From assembly GCA_038236425.1 (NCBI GenBank), contig JBBRZU010000001.1, forward strand, positions 6,006 to 70,005: a DNA stretch of 64,000 bases, given 5' to 3'. Of this stretch, positions 52,013 through 61,582 are shown in pieces. A model generated the notes under the pieces. It did no database searches. It was not told where the DNA came from and worked only from the letters and a program-made list of their open reading frames with translations. Made by a program: the position numbers and the translations under genes. Source of the DNA: Lysobacterales bacterium (GTDB taxonomy: Bacteria > Pseudomonadota > Gammaproteobacteria > Xanthomonadales > Xanthomonadaceae). How positions within the stretch are numbered: the stretch's first letter is position 1; each line of letters starts with the position of its first letter.

Positions 52013-52056
52013 GACCCGGGCGAGGCGCTGATAGCGCGTCCCCGGGTCTTTTTCTT
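52013..52056 (+). terminator. Long hairpin + U-tract (terminator of a candidate sRNA or of rimK)
   Basis: GACCCGGG...GGCGCT-GAT-AGCGC...CCCGGGTC followed by TTTTTCTT. Confidence 0.75.
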
Positions 52057-52169
52057 GTGGCGACACGCTGCTTGCTGCACCGCGCGACAACATCAGGCGC
52101 GCTGTGTCGCGACGGAACTTCGCCGCTCTGGCAGAATCGAACGCACTCGTCCACCGACTCCCAGACCCC

Positions 52170-52850
52170 ATGCGCATCCTCGTTGTCGAAGACAACCGTG
52201 ACATCGCCGCCAACCTCGGCGACTACCTGGAAGAGCGCGGCCACACCGTGGACTATGCCGCCGATGGCGTGACCGGCCTGCACCTGGCCGTGGTCAACGA
52301 CTTCGACGCCATCGTGCTCGACCTCAACCTGCCCGGCATGGATGGCCTGGAGGTTTGCCGCAAGCTGCGCGCCGAAGGCCGCAAGCAGACCCCGGTGCTG
52401 ATGCTCACCGCCCGCGACTCGCTCGACAGCAAGCTGTCCGGCTTCGACTCCGGCGCCGACGACTATCTGGTGAAGCCCTTTGCCTTGCAGGAAGTCGAAG
52501 CCCGACTGACCGTGCTGGCCCGCCGCGGCAAGGCCGCGCAGCCGCGCGTGCTCGAAGTCGCCGACCTCGAATACAACCTCGACACGCTCGAAGTCCGGCG
52601 TGGCGGCAAGCTGCTCCAGCTCAACCCGACCGCGCTGAAGATCCTGCAGTCATTGATGGAAGCATCACCGGCCGTGGTGCCCAGGATGGACCTGGAAACC
52701 CGCGTCTGGGGCGAGGAGTTGCCCGACTCCGATTCCCTGCGGGTGCACATCCACGGCCTGCGCGCCGCAGTGGACAAGCCGTTCGACAAGGCCTTGATCC
52801 AGACCCGCCACGGAATCGGCTATCGCATCGCAGACTCCGATCCGGCCTGA
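52170..52850 (+). CDS. OmpR-family response regulator (ColR-like)
   Basis: MRILVVEDN, LDLNLPGMDG, LMLTARD, DDYLVKPF, HGIGYRI. Confidence 0.92.
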   Translation: MRILVVEDNRDIAANLGDYLEERGHTVDYAADGVTGLHLAVVNDFDAIVLDLNLPGMDGLEVCRKLRAEGRKQTPVLMLTARDSLDSKLSGFDSGADDYLVKPFALQEVEARLTVLARRGKAAQPRVLEVADLEYNLDTLEVRRGGKLLQLNPTALKILQSLMEASPAVVPRMDLETRVWGEELPDSDSLRVHIHGLRAAVDKPFDKALIQTRHGIGYRIADSDPA

Positions 52851-52854
52851 GCCG

Positions 52855-54153
52855 ATGCACTATCGGCGCCGGCTACGCAGCCGAATCATCGTCAGCTTCC
52901 TGCTGTTGGGCTTTGGCCTGACCGCGGCGTTCGCAGTGGCGACGGTGGCGCTGCGCAATCGGCTGGAGGGCCAGCTGCTCGACAACACCCTGCAGAACGA
53001 GGCCAACAGCCTCAACGTGCAGGTCCGTACCGATCCCGATCGGCAGCCGGCCTTCAGTTTTTTCGATGCCGGCACCGTCAGCGACCGGACGGCGTGGAAG
53101 TTGCCCTTGCAGTTGCAATCGCTGCCGACCGGGGTGCACGAGGTCGTGCAAGTTGATGCCATCGGGCGCGAGCACCACTACAAGTATGCGATCCGGCGCG
53201 ATCCGGACCTGATCAGCTATGTGCGCTACGACATCACCGGCTCCTCGATCGGCGAGCGGCAGATGATGGTCGCCCTGATGGCGGCGGTGGTGCTGTTCAC
53301 CGGCCTGGCCTGGCTGATCGGCCTGTGGTCGTCGTCGCGTGTCATCAGCCCGCTGACCGAACTGGCACGTCGTGTCGGCGGACTCGCGGGCCGCGAGAAC
53401 CCGGAAAAGCTGGCCCCGCATTTCCCGCGTGACGAAGTCGGCGAGTTGGCCTCCGCGCTCGATGACTACGCCGCGCGCATGACCCGCCTGGTCACGCGTG
53501 ACCGCGAGTTCAACGCCGATGTCAGCCACGAGTTGCGCACGCCCTTGGCGGTGATCCGCGGCGCGGCCGAGTTGATGCTGGCCAATCCCGAACTGCCTCA
53601 AAAAACCCGGGAGCGCCTGTCCCGGATCGAGCGCGCGGCGATCCAGTGCACCGACCTGACCACCGCCTTGCTGCTGCTGTCGCGCAACGAGCGCGGCCAC
53701 GGCAGCACCGATCTGTTCAAGTTGTGCTGCGCCCTGGCCGAGGCCAACCGCGCGCAGCTGGCCGGCAAGCCGGTGCAGATCCTGGTCGAGGGCCGCGAAG
53801 ACGTGCACGTCGAAGCACCCGAGGCGGTGCTGTCGGTGGCCCTGGGCAACTTGTTGGGCAATGCCTGCAAGTACACCAGTGAAGGCGAAGTGCGCGTTGT
53901 GGTGCAGGGCGATCGGGTGCTGATCGAGGACACCGGGCCAGGCCTCAGCGCCGAGGATGCCGAGCGTCTGTTCGAACGTGGCTATCGCGGTTCAGGCGCG
54001 GGCGGTACCAGCGGCGGCGGCATCGGCCTGTCAATCGTGCGCCGCCTCTGCGAGCTGTATCAGTGGACCGTCAGCATCGCGCCGCGGCCCGAGCGCGGCG
54101 CGGTCGCGTGCCTGGCGTTCGGCGCCAACGAGGTTCGGGCTTCCGACGACTGA
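52855..54153 (+). CDS. HAMP sensor histidine kinase (ColS-like)
   Basis: DVSHELRTPL, NLLGNACKYT, DTGPG, GIGLSIV. Confidence 0.92.
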   Translation: MHYRRRLRSRIIVSFLLLGFGLTAAFAVATVALRNRLEGQLLDNTLQNEANSLNVQVRTDPDRQPAFSFFDAGTVSDRTAWKLPLQLQSLPTGVHEVVQVDAIGREHHYKYAIRRDPDLISYVRYDITGSSIGERQMMVALMAAVVLFTGLAWLIGLWSSSRVISPLTELARRVGGLAGRENPEKLAPHFPRDEVGELASALDDYAARMTRLVTRDREFNADVSHELRTPLAVIRGAAELMLANPELPQKTRERLSRIERAAIQCTDLTTALLLLSRNERGHGSTDLFKLCCALAEANRAQLAGKPVQILVEGREDVHVEAPEAVLSVALGNLLGNACKYTSEGEVRVVVQGDRVLIEDTGPGLSAEDAERLFERGYRGSGAGGTSGGGIGLSIVRRLCELYQWTVSIAPRPERGAVACLAFGANEVRASDD

Positions 54154-54166
54154 GCAGCGCTGTTGC

Positions 54167-55078
54167 CTACTCCAGCCAGCCGTAAGCGTCCGGCGTCTCG
54201 CCGGTGAACAAGCCAAAGAACAGCGACTGGATGCGCTCGGTCACCGGGCCACGCTTGCCGCTGCCGACCTGGCGCCCATCCACCGAGCGGATCGGGGTGA
54301 TTTCGGCGGCGGTGCCGCACATGAACAATTCGTCGCACAGGTAGAGGTATTCGCGCGGCAGGTCGCGCTCGACCACTTCGATACCGCGGTCGCGGGCCAG
54401 CCGCATGATGGTGTCGCGGGTGATGCCGTTGAGCAGGGCGGCGCTGACCGGCGTGGTGTGCAAGCGGCCGTCCATGACCAGGAACAGGTTTTCGCCCGCG
54501 CCTTCCGACAACAGGCCGGTGGACGCGAGCGCGATGCCTTCGCCAAAGCCGAGTCGGCGTGCTTCGCGAGCGATCAATGTGCCAGACAGATAATTGCCAC
54601 CGGCTTTCGCGCCGGCGGGAATGGTGTTTGGCGCGACCCGTTGCCAGCTCGACACGCAGGCATCAATGCCTGCCTCGAGCACGCCGGCGCCGAGGTAGGA
54701 GCCCATCTTCCAGCTCGCCACCGCCACATCGATCGGGGTTTCCGCCGACAGGCCGAAGCCACCCAGACCGCGATACGCCACCGGCCGCAGGTAGGCGGCG
54801 CCGAAGCCGTTGGCGCTGATCACATCGCGGCAGGCCTTCGCCATCTCGTCGAGCGAGTAGGGCAGTTTCATTTCGTAGATCTTGGCCGACGACTCGAGCC
54901 GCTTGAGGTGGTCGGTGAGGCGGAAGATCCTGGCGCCGTTGGGCGTGTCGTAACTGCGGATACCTTCGAAGATCGAGGAACCGTAGTGCAGCGCATGTGC
55001 CATCACGTGCACGGTCGCTTCGGCCCAGGGCTTGATCGCGCCGTTCTGCCAGATGTAGTCGGGATAGGCTTGGCTCAT
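54167..55078 (-). CDS. ilvE: Branched-chain amino acid aminotransferase
   Basis: HALHYGSSIFEGIR, AKAGGNY, EGAGENLF, LNGITR, GTAAEITP. Confidence 0.96.
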   Translation of the reverse strand: MSQAYPDYIWQNGAIKPWAEATVHVMAHALHYGSSIFEGIRSYDTPNGARIFRLTDHLKRLESSAKIYEMKLPYSLDEMAKACRDVISANGFGAAYLRPVAYRGLGGFGLSAETPIDVAVASWKMGSYLGAGVLEAGIDACVSSWQRVAPNTIPAGAKAGGNYLSGTLIAREARRLGFGEGIALASTGLLSEGAGENLFLVMDGRLHTTPVSAALLNGITRDTIMRLARDRGIEVVERDLPREYLYLCDELFMCGTAAEITPIRSVDGRQVGSGKRGPVTERIQSLFFGLFTGETPDAYGWLE

Positions 55079-55265
55079 GGGGGGCTCCGGGGAAACCGCG
55101 ATTTTACCCCGTTGGGGCGACCGGACGGGACCCTGATCCGGCCCGGCCCGGTCGCGGTCGCGGTCCCGTCGCGGTCGTGCTCGCGGTCGCGGTCGCCGAT
55201 GCGGACGCGGTCTCGGGCGTGGGCAATGGCGCTGGCACTGGCACTGGCACGCGCGAACCGCTGAT

Positions 55266-56174
55266 TCAGTATTGCAGCCACCAGCAGCCGGCATTGCTGC
55301 GCAGGCGGAACCAGGTGACCTGGGCGGCGGCATCGCTTTCGCTGCGCATCTGGTCTACCCGCACCAGGTCGGCAGGACGCGGCCGGACCGGCGTTGGCGT
55401 GGGCGCGGGGGCCTGCTGCAGTGTTTGCGGCGCGCCGTCCATCCTGGCGAGCAGGCCCGGGCTGTCGAACCGCGGTTGCTGGCTGCTGCCATCGGCAAAT
55501 CCGCTCGGCTGGCGCAGCGCCTGGCTCGACACCAACTGGATATCCACCAGCTGGCGCTTGGCGAAAGAATCCAGGCGGTCCATCAGGCGATAGCCCTCGA
55601 CCGAGCCCATGCCCGCCCAATGATAAAAACCGGCGAGGCGATTGACGTCATGCAGTTCGAGCGCGCCGCGCACGCCGTCGACCAGGTCTTCACGATTGCG
55701 CGCGCAGGTGCGCACCGGGTTGATCCGCGACTGCGGGGTCACGACCTCGGCTGCGATCTCGGGCGGCGGCTCGTAGGCATCGATCGTGTCGCATTCGCGG
55801 TCGGTGTAGACGCTGCCACCGCTGGCATTCACGCAACGGCGCAAGCCATCCACCTCGGCAACATGGCGGCCGGGCGCATTGCGCACGGTCGCTTCCTGCG
55901 CGCGGCGCGCGGCATCGTCGGCAGACAGGCGCGACAGCCGCGCAAGTTCGCTGTCAGTCGCGGATGCGGGTGCTGCGGCCGCCAATGAGTCCGCCGCAGG
56001 CGCGGTGGCGGGCGTGGTGGCAGGCGCGCTGGCAGGCGCGCTGGCAGGCGCCGCTGGCGCGGGCTCGGGCGCGGCCGAGACGGCGGCGACGGGTGCGATG
56101 GGCGGTGTCGTTGCCAGCAGCGGCGTGGACGTGAGCGCCGCGGCGAGCATGCCCGCGAGGAGCGCAATCTTCAT
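55266..56174 (-). CDS. Secreted hypothetical protein with Ala/Pro-rich linker
   Basis: Signal peptide, RRCVNASGGSVYTDREC, DVNRLAGFYHW, C-terminal GCWWLQY. Confidence 0.75.
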   Translation of the reverse strand: MKIALLAGMLAAALTSTPLLATTPPIAPVAAVSAAPEPAPAAPASAPASAPATTPATAPAADSLAAAAPASATDSELARLSRLSADDAARRAQEATVRNAPGRHVAEVDGLRRCVNASGGSVYTDRECDTIDAYEPPPEIAAEVVTPQSRINPVRTCARNREDLVDGVRGALELHDVNRLAGFYHWAGMGSVEGYRLMDRLDSFAKRQLVDIQLVSSQALRQPSGFADGSSQQPRFDSPGLLARMDGAPQTLQQAPAPTPTPVRPRPADLVRVDQMRSESDAAAQVTWFRLRSNAGCWWLQY

Positions 56175-56217
56175 GGGCGAAACGATAGCACCGGCCGCGC
56201 GCGCGGCCGGCTGCCGA

Positions 56218-57048
56218 TCAGGCCAGGCGCGCCAGCACAGCCTCGGTCGGACGGCTGAGGTTCAGCGTGTAGAAGTGCAGCTCGGGCACCCCGGCGTCTA
56301 CCAGGCGGCGGCACATGGCGGCGACCAGGTCCGCGGCGAACTCGCGCACGCCATCTGCGTCGTCGCCCAGGGCCTGCATGCGCTTGCCGATCCAGCGCGG
56401 GATCTCGGCGCCGCAGGATTCCGAGAACCGTCGCAACTGGGTGAAGTTCGAGATCGGCATGATCCCCGGGATGATCGGCACCGTGACGCCAAGCGCGCGC
56501 GCCTCGTCCACGAAGCGGAAGTAGGCGTCGGCATTGAAGAAATACTGGGTGATGGCGGAATCGGCGCCGGCGTCGATCTTTGACTTGAAGTGGAGCAAGT
56601 CCGCGTGGGCGTCATCGGCCTGCGGATGGATTTCCGGATAGCAGCCCACTTCGATGCGAAAGTGCTTGCCGTGCTCGGCGCGGATGAATTCGACCAGGTC
56701 GGTGGCGTGGCGGAAGTCGGCAGTGCGCGCCATGCCCGACGGCAGGTCGCCGCGCAGCGCGACCACGCGGCTGCAGCCCAGCTCGCGGTACTGGCGCAGC
56801 AGCTGGCTGATCTCCTCGCGGGTGCCGCCCATGCAACTGAGGTGCGGCACGCCATCGAGGGCATGGTCGTGGCGCAGGGAGCGCACGGTTTCCGGGGTGT
56901 AGCTCAGGGTCGAGCCGCCGGCACCAAAGGTCACCGACACGAACTCCGGTGCGTGCGTCTTCAGCCGCCGCACGGTGCGGTCGAGCTGGGCGCGCTGCTC
57001 ATCGGTCTTGGGCGGGTAGAACTCGAAGCTGACCGGAATCTGGGACAT
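56218..57048 (-). CDS. metF: 5,10-methylenetetrahydrofolate reductase
   Basis: SFEFYPPK, SVTFGAGGST, ALRGD, ITQYFF, LHFYTLN. Confidence 0.97.
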   Translation of the reverse strand: MSQIPVSFEFYPPKTDEQRAQLDRTVRRLKTHAPEFVSVTFGAGGSTLSYTPETVRSLRHDHALDGVPHLSCMGGTREEISQLLRQYRELGCSRVVALRGDLPSGMARTADFRHATDLVEFIRAEHGKHFRIEVGCYPEIHPQADDAHADLLHFKSKIDAGADSAITQYFFNADAYFRFVDEARALGVTVPIIPGIMPISNFTQLRRFSESCGAEIPRWIGKRMQALGDDADGVREFAADLVAAMCRRLVDAGVPELHFYTLNLSRPTEAVLARLA

Positions 57049-57084
57049 GGGCGGCGCCGCATTGGACAGCCGCCATTGTGAAAG

Positions 57085-57110
57085 AAAACCCGGGTCAGAG
57101 TCGACTTTCT
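57085..57110 (+). repeat. 26-bp RAYT-associated repeat, copy 1 (forward)
   Basis: AAAACCCGGGTCAGAGTCGACTTTCT. Confidence 0.93.
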
Positions 57111-57309
57111 TCCAGCTTTGCTGCCACGGTCCTTGTTTCGGGTTTCACGAACGCACTCTGACCCCAGTTCCTGGGCCCTGGTTTCTGGCCTGCTTTCTGT
57201 AGGAATTGCTGTTCCGAAACATTCAGTATCCGGGTGCCAGACTCCAACAGTGCCTCCGCTTCATGCTCCCAAGACCATACTCCCAGGACAACGCGACGCA
57301 GCGGAGCAA

Positions 57310-57361
57310 GGACTGAGCACGGCGGACTGAGCACGGCGGACTGAGCACGGCGGACTGAGCA
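57310..57361. repeat. 14-bp tandem repeat x~3.7 (GGACTGAGCACGGC)
   Basis: Identical consecutive units upstream of the ChaB RBS. Confidence 0.92.
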
Positions 57362-57389
57362 AGGTCCTTGGCCCCCTGAGGAAATCAAC

Positions 57390-57617
57390 ATGCCATACGA
57401 ACGCATCAGCGAACTGCCCGATTCTGTCCGCGACCATCTCCCGAAACATGCGCTGGAGATATACAAGGAAGCCTTCAACAGTGCATGGGACGAGTACAAG
57501 GATCCGGATGATCGCCGCGGCGATGCTTCGCGCGAGGAAACTGCGCACAAGGTGGCTTGGGCAGCCGTGAAGCACAAGTACGAGAAGGGCGACGACGGCG
57601 ACTGGCATCCGAAGTAG
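57390..57617 (+). CDS. chaB: ChaB family protein
   Basis: MPY...LPDSVRDHLPKHALEIYKEAFNSAW...AHKVAWAAVK. Confidence 0.92.
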   Translation: MPYERISELPDSVRDHLPKHALEIYKEAFNSAWDEYKDPDDRRGDASREETAHKVAWAAVKHKYEKGDDGDWHPK

Positions 57618-57619
57618 GC

Positions 57620-57763
57620 GTTGCCCGACCGGCCGAGGTTTCGGTCTCGAAGCAGTTCGACGGCTATGTGTGGTTCAACGAAACCCACGCGATTCCACGT
57701 CTTCCCATCCAGGGCAGCGGATCCAGCCGGGGCGTTCCCGATAGCTGCCGGTTTGGCCTGTAG
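57620..57763 (+). pseudogene. C-terminal remnant resembling erythromycin-esterase-family proteins
   Basis: KQFDGYVWFNETHAIPRL...VPDSCRFGL*, resembles the QFDxYxWFDET...P.TYPFGL tail; no start codon or RBS. Confidence 0.55.
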
Positions 57764-57921
57764 GCCGGGGTTGGCTCCGTCGGCGCCTGCGGAAACGATT
57801 CCAGCGATGGGCCACCTCGTCCCGCGGGCCGATTTCGCGCCACTGAAAACGTCGCGGGCAAGGCTTCAATTTTCGGCTTTGAAAGCAGCGCTCTGACCGG
57901 GCTGCTAGACCCGGCTTTCAT

Positions 57922-57945
57922 AAAGTCGACTCTGACCCGGGTTTT
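57922..57945 (-). repeat. RAYT-associated repeat, copy 2 (reverse)
   Basis: AAAGTCGACTCTGACCCGGGTTTT; overlaps the oxidoreductase stop codon. Confidence 0.93.
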
Positions 57946-58969
57946 AGGCGCGGATTATGCGTTTGCCGAAGTTTTCGCCTTTGAGCAGGCCGATGAAGGC
58001 GGCTGGGGCGTTCTCGAGGCCCTCGATGACTTCCTCGCGATAGCTGATTTTTCCGCTTTCTATCCAGCCGGCCATCTCCTTGGCGAACTCGGGGTAGAGG
58101 TGGCCGAAATCGTCGAAGATGATGAAGCCCTGCATCAGGATCCGCTTGCGCAGCATCTGGCCCATCAGCCAGTTCATGCGGTCCGGACCCGCCGGCAATG
58201 CGGTGGCGTTGTACTGCGACACCAACCCGCACAACGGGATCCGCGCATTGCTGTTGAGCAGCGGCAGCACCGCGTCGAACACCTTGCCGCCGACGTTTTC
58301 AAAATACACGTCGATGCCATTCGTGCTCGCCTTCGCAAGTTGCTCGGCAAAGTCGTCGGCTTTGTGGTCGATGCAGGCATCGAAACCCAGGGTGTCCACG
58401 GCATACGCACACTTGTCCGGACCGCCGGCGATGCCGATCACACGGCAGCCGAGCAGCTTGCCGATCTGGCCGACCGTCGCGCCGACCGGTCCGGTCGCTG
58501 CCGCGACTGCAATCGTTTCGCCCTTTTTGGGCTTGCCGATCTGTATCAGCCCCGCCCAGGCGGTGAAGCCGGGCATGCCGAGGATCCCCAGTGCCCATGA
58601 CGGATGCGTGGGCGACGGCCCCAGCCGGGTCACACCCTTGCCGTCGGACAGCGCATAGTCCTGCCAGCCACTGAAGCTGAGCACCCAGTCGCCGGCCGCA
58701 TAGCCATCCAGATTGGAGCGCACCACCTGCGCGACCGTGCCCCCGACCATCACCGCACCGATCTCGACCGGCGCTGCGTACGACGGCGCAGCGCTCATCC
58801 GCCCGCGCATGTAGGGGTCCAGCGACAGGTATTCGGTGCGCAGCAGCATCTGCTTGTCGCCCGGCTCGGGCACCGCGCCGTGCTCCATGCGGAGTGTCGC
58901 CTCGGTTGGTTCGCCCTTCGGGCGCTCGGCAAGAAGCCACTGGCGATTGCTGTCGGTTTGCTGGGACAT
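57944..58969 (-). CDS. NADP-dependent oxidoreductase (MDR, CurA/YncB-like)
   Basis: LSLDPYMRGRM, LGILGMPGFTAW, AATGPVG, YFENVGG, GENFGK. Confidence 0.93.
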   Translation of the reverse strand: MSQQTDSNRQWLLAERPKGEPTEATLRMEHGAVPEPGDKQMLLRTEYLSLDPYMRGRMSAAPSYAAPVEIGAVMVGGTVAQVVRSNLDGYAAGDWVLSFSGWQDYALSDGKGVTRLGPSPTHPSWALGILGMPGFTAWAGLIQIGKPKKGETIAVAAATGPVGATVGQIGKLLGCRVIGIAGGPDKCAYAVDTLGFDACIDHKADDFAEQLAKASTNGIDVYFENVGGKVFDAVLPLLNSNARIPLCGLVSQYNATALPAGPDRMNWLMGQMLRKRILMQGFIIFDDFGHLYPEFAKEMAGWIESGKISYREEVIEGLENAPAAFIGLLKGENFGKRIIRA

Positions 58970-59007
58970 ATGGATTCCTTTCAATTCTGGGGAAGATTAA
59001 AACCCGT

Positions 59008-59033
59008 AAAACCCGGGTCAGAGTCGACTTTCT
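59008..59033 (+). repeat. RAYT-associated repeat, copy 3 (forward)
   Basis: Identical 26-mer, preceded by a duplicated TAAAACCCG (58998-59006). Confidence 0.93.
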
Positions 59034-59390
59034 CCTGGCTCGAAGGTCGGCGTCGTGTGCCCTGGCTCCTCCACCTTGCAGGCGCCGTCGACCTCAAGAC
59101 AGACGGTGGCATCAGTCGCACCGATGCAACGCCGCATGTGCCCGAGGATCAGCATACGCGTTGAAAAACAGGCCTGGCCCGGGTATCTGTCTGTGGCATC
59201 GCGGAGCGGGAAGCGCTTCCCGATGAAAGAGAACTCGCCCTTGGCATCTATTGTGGCGATTCGGGTCAGACCCAAACCTTACTCCGTTTCCCACGCCTGC
59301 TCCGCCGGCCTGCACCGATGACACGACCGTCGTTTTGCGTACGTTCCGCCACCATGCGTTCTATTGGCGAAAAAGGACAAGGAGACTGCC

Positions 59391-59513
59391 ATGGCCCAGT
59401 TGCGCATGCGACTCACCGCCAGTGAAGACGACACGATCCAGCTGATCAACCGCATCTCATCGCCGCATGGCATCGAATCGGTCGTGGTCGATGACGAAAT
59501 GCATTTCGGCTGA
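59391..59513 (+). CDS. 40-aa small ORF or truncated gene (MAQLRMRLTASEDD...)
   Basis: Strong AAGGAGA RBS, ATG 59391, TGA 59511; below the ORF-track length cutoff. Confidence 0.5.
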   Translation: MAQLRMRLTASEDDTIQLINRISSPHGIESVVVDDEMHFG

Positions 59514-59643
59514 CCACCCGTCGCGCCACGGCATCGTCGTCCAGACCGTGCTTGCTGTACCCAACGAGGCATTGCCGCATCCGCGTCCGCCCGGACCATA
59601 GCCGTTCACGTTGCGACGACAGCGCCAGCGGTGACATGCGCCC

Positions 59644-60219
59644 ATGCGATTACGATTCCTCGCCGCCTTGTTCCTGTCCTGCAGCCTGCCCCTGGCATCG
59701 GCCGCCTCGGTCCCGGAGTCCTCCATGCGCACTCTGATCGGTTTCGACAACAGCCCGCAGGAACCGCACTGGGTCGCGGTGAATGATGGCGTGATGGGTG
59801 GTCGTTCGAGCGGCGGCCCGACGGTTGCCGATGGGGAGCTTGCGTTCCGGGGCGAGCTTTCGCTGGCTAACAACGGCGGCTTTTCATCAGTGCGCAGCGT
59901 GGGCCGCGACTTTGACCTGAGCGATGCCTCCGTGGTTGTCCTGCGGGTGCGTGGCGACGGCCGCCGCTACCAGTTGCGGCTGGCCACGGATGCCCGCTAT
60001 CGCGGCGTGCCGGTGTCCTATGGCGCCGGGTTCGACACGACCGCCGGCAAGTGGACCGAGGTGCGCATACCGCTGGCGTCGCTGGAGCCCACGGTGCGCG
60101 GTTCCAGCCTGCGAGGCCCGCCGTTGGACCCGTCGCAGGTGCGCGAGATCGGCCTGCTGATCGCGGACAAGCGCGAAGGCAGCTTCGCACTTTCCGTCGA
60201 CTGGATCGCCCTGGAGTAA
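59644..60219 (+). CDS. CIA30 (NDUFAF1-like) family protein, secreted
   Basis: WVAVNDGVMGGRS, LSLANNGGFSSVR, RGDGRRYQL. Confidence 0.92.
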   Translation: MRLRFLAALFLSCSLPLASAASVPESSMRTLIGFDNSPQEPHWVAVNDGVMGGRSSGGPTVADGELAFRGELSLANNGGFSSVRSVGRDFDLSDASVVVLRVRGDGRRYQLRLATDARYRGVPVSYGAGFDTTAGKWTEVRIPLASLEPTVRGSSLRGPPLDPSQVREIGLLIADKREGSFALSVDWIALE

Positions 60220-60244
60220 AAACCCGGGTCAGAGTCGACTTTCT
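60219..60244 (+). repeat. RAYT-associated repeat, copy 4 (forward; downstream end of the transposase)
   Basis: Identical 26-mer; overlaps the CIA30 stop and encodes the transposase C-terminus and stop. Confidence 0.93.
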
Positions 60245-60942
60245 CCCATCTCTCCCACCGACTTCCCGGGCCGCCCGATCTTCTGTGGCCCCACAGTTCT
60301 GCCAAGCTGCGCCTCGATCGCCAGCCTGAATCGATCCGGGCCATACGGATGCTGGCGCTGCAGGTGGCGGCGGATGGCGTCCACTTCTTCGGCGTGCACG
60401 GCTGCGTTTACCATCGCGCGGTAGCGCTGCTGGCGGACGGCGTCGTCGGCCGAAAGCGCCAGGTAACCGGGATGCGGACTCAGCAGCGGGTCGGCCTCGC
60501 CGAAGGCCAAGGCGCGGTGGCTGGACCATGGGTAATCGCGAGGATCGGCGACCATCGCGGCGCGCAGGGGATTGAGTTCGATGTAGCGGTGGCAGTGCAT
60601 GAGGTGGGCGCCACCGCCGACCAGACTGGCCTTGTAGCGACCCTCCCACAGCGTGCCCGTGCGGCGGTGCGCGGTGTTGATGTAGCGGACATAGCGCCGC
60701 CCGAGCGCCTGCATCATGCGCGTGACTGCGCCGGGTACGGTTGGGGTCAGCAGAAGGTGCACATGGTTCGTCATCAGCACGTAGGCGTGGACCGCGCAGC
60801 CCTCGCGCCGGGCCATGGCCTTGAGTTCGCTGCGGTAGCACAGGTAGTCGGCGTCGGTGAAAAAGCACGGCTGGCGGTCGTTGCCACGCTGGACGACGTG
60901 TTGCGCGATGCCTGGGAGATCGATGCGCAGTGGACGGGGCAT
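60229..60942 (-). mobile_element. Y1-HuH tyrosine transposase (RAYT / IS200-like)
   Basis: MPR..R...HVVQRGNDRQPCF, LMTNHVHLL (HuH), RTGTLWEGRY, YIELNPLRA (catalytic Tyr), YPWSS; flanked by inverted repeats. Confidence 0.93.
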
Positions 60943-61026
60943 GGCGGGGGCTGCTTGATGGGCTATGCCGAGGATGGCAGCCAGCCCATCACGCGCCTAT
61001 CGGGCAAGCTCGATTGCCGAGGTCAG

Positions 61027-61051
61027 GAAAGTCGACTCTGCCCCGGGTTTT
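61027..61051 (-). repeat. RAYT-associated repeat, copy 5 (reverse; upstream end of the transposase)
   Basis: GAAAGTCGACTCTGCCCCGGGTTTT, one mismatch. Confidence 0.92.
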
Positions 61052-61134
61052 TCTGTCACGGCATTACTTCGGCGTTCATCAGGCAGGTTTAATCTGGACA
61101 TGAACGGAATCGTGTTCATCCTATGGAGAAGTAT

Positions 61135-61281
61135 ATGTTGTGGACCATCGTGGCAATCCTGTTGATTCTCTGGCTGCTCGGCTTGCTGACATCCGTTGGC
61201 GGCTCACTTATTCATGTCTTGCTGGTTATCGCCGTCATCGTGATCGTGGTGAAGCTGGTGACTGGACGCAAGGTCCTCTAG
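61135..61281 (+). CDS. Small lmo0937-family membrane protein (48 aa)
   Basis: GGAGA RBS; MLWTIVAILLILWLLGLLTSVGGSLIHVLLVIAVIVIVVKLVTGRKVL. Confidence 0.88.
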   Translation: MLWTIVAILLILWLLGLLTSVGGSLIHVLLVIAVIVIVVKLVTGRKVL

Positions 61282-61582
61282 CCTGGCGTTGCAACGTCGC
61301 ACAGATGTCCCAGCGGAGGCTCCCAGCCTCCGTTGTTTTATGCAGGCCCTGCGCTCATGGAGGCTGGAAGCGTTCCAGCTTGAAGAGTGCGCGCCCACGG
61401 GCAGATGGCGGCCAGGTGGCGGAATCCAACTGGCCGGCCGGCCGCGCAATCGATGACTGGTATCAACCGGTCGCCTCGTCGATCGTGAATTTCCTGATCC
61501 TGCGGTACTTCCTCAAACTCAGGAAACATCAAGTCGACGAGAGTCGCAACGATGATCCCGGCAATACTCGAAGGTGGTTGCG

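Noticed and set aside
52013-52048. GACCCGGG/CCCGGGTC resembling the RAYT repeat
   Set aside because: Only 8 bp are shared, the AGAGTCGAC core is missing, and it is explained as a terminator stem.
57049-57090. SAM/SAH riboswitch upstream of metF
   Set aside because: The leader is only ~35 bp before the RAYT repeat and has no recognisable aptamer.
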